Source: Azolla caroliniana (taxonomy: Eukaryota; Plantae; Polypodiophyta). Taken from it: a DNA stretch of 64,000 bases. Under the pieces are notes generated by a model. It was not told the DNA's origin and made no database searches. It saw nothing but the letters and a program-made list of their open reading frames with translations. This document shows, piece after piece, positions 63,255 through 64,000 of this stretch (the first letter of the stretch is position 1; each line of letters starts with the position of its first letter). The stretch is taken from NCBI GenBank assembly GCA_043228905.1, contig JBHGNT010000010.1, positions 12,400,001 through 12,464,000 on the forward strand, given 5' to 3'. A program made the translations under genes and the position numbers.

Positions 63255-64000
63255 AGTATAGGGAAAAGGGTAGGAGGATGAGGGAGAGTGACAAGTAGGC
63301 TAGAGGAGCAAATTGGTTCAAACTGTCATGAATAGTACTAAAACAGAGATGGAATTAGTACTGAGAACAACAGTACTATTAGTACTAAGAGGACGGGACT
63401 GCGTAAGATTCCCGAGAGAGGAAGTGAGAAGAGGAGAGAGAGAGAGATAGCGAGAATGAGAGAGAGAGAGAGAGATGATGACAGCAGCTATATATTATGT
63501 GAAAAGATAAGTACAAGCGGCTAAGAGGCTTAAGACTGGCGTTGAACCAATTTGGTTCAAAACAATGCCTTGTGCCTCCTTTTATAGTGTTTTTAGGAAT
63601 AATCCTGAAGCTTCTAGAATGTTCCAGAGAGATCTGGAATATACATCAATTTTCTATGATAAAGTATAAATGAAAATAATATCCTACAAAATACAATTCA
63701 TAATCTAATGGTAAGAGCTCGACCCATGTAGCATAAAGTCATGGGTTCGAGTCTTGCCATGACAGCTGCTCATGAGTATCATTGCTCTGAGTTCATCCTC
63801 GATTGCCGTCCCCTGTGACGAGATTTGGGAGCTTATGCTTTCGTACTCATTGAGATGTGCTTGAACCGAATCGGATTCTTTCATCCGCAAGTTGTAGAGG
63901 CGCCGGATCAGAAACATCTTCGTTGCAGCGACCTTCTTTTCGTAGGTGTCCGACAGTGTTTTCCACAGTTCGAATGCTGTCGTACACGATTGCACCGTAA

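Larger units (their letters stand above)
58095..63764 (-). mobile_element. Full-length young Tcn1-like chromovirus copy 3 (distinct subfamily)
   Basis: Two 441-bp LTRs (58095-58535, 63324-63764) differing at two positions by eye, TSD GCTGC on both sides, PPT then TG. Confidence 0.97.
54105..64000 (-). mobile_element. Tnt1/Tork-like Ty1/Copia element, near-intact, interrupted in gag by Tcn1-like copy 3; 5' end lies outside the window
   Basis: 3' LTR about 54105-54332, PPT gggggag 54333-54339. Gag resumes at 63765-64000 (LYNLRMKESDSVQAHLNEY). Confidence 0.92.

Overview
Eukaryotic nuclear DNA from a land plant, probably a non-seed plant such as a fern (inferred from Tcn1-type chromoviruses plus a plant ORP3 gene and plant tRNA sequences). 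About 70% is nested retroelements. Host content: one intact 10-exon oxysterol-binding-protein-related gene (ORP3 type, 11875-16188), a DDX3/Ded1-type DEAD-box helicase pseudogene fragment, and two tRNA-Glu(CTC)-derived satellite blocks. The first block has a near-perfect 2005-bp higher-order repeat and nine intact tRNA genes. Mobile content: three Tcn1-like Ty3/Gypsy chromoviruses, two segments of a second chromovirus, a tRNA-Trp-primed LTR fragment, several Ty1/Copia elements, an L1 LINE remnant, solo-LTR-like inserts and a Penelope-like element (PLE). Best leads: (1) a PLE with no visible GIY-YIG endonuclease and no telomeric repeats, carrying a minimal hammerhead ribozyme and fused to the tRNA array; (2) the tRNA-born higher-order satellite; (3) antisense tRNA-like A/B-box cassettes inside LTRs of more than one family; (4) a conserved G_UUA_AAC plus 11-bp stem -1 frameshift signal and a Tf1-style self-priming site in the Tcn1-like elements. 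All alignments, folds and counts were done by eye; no searches were run.
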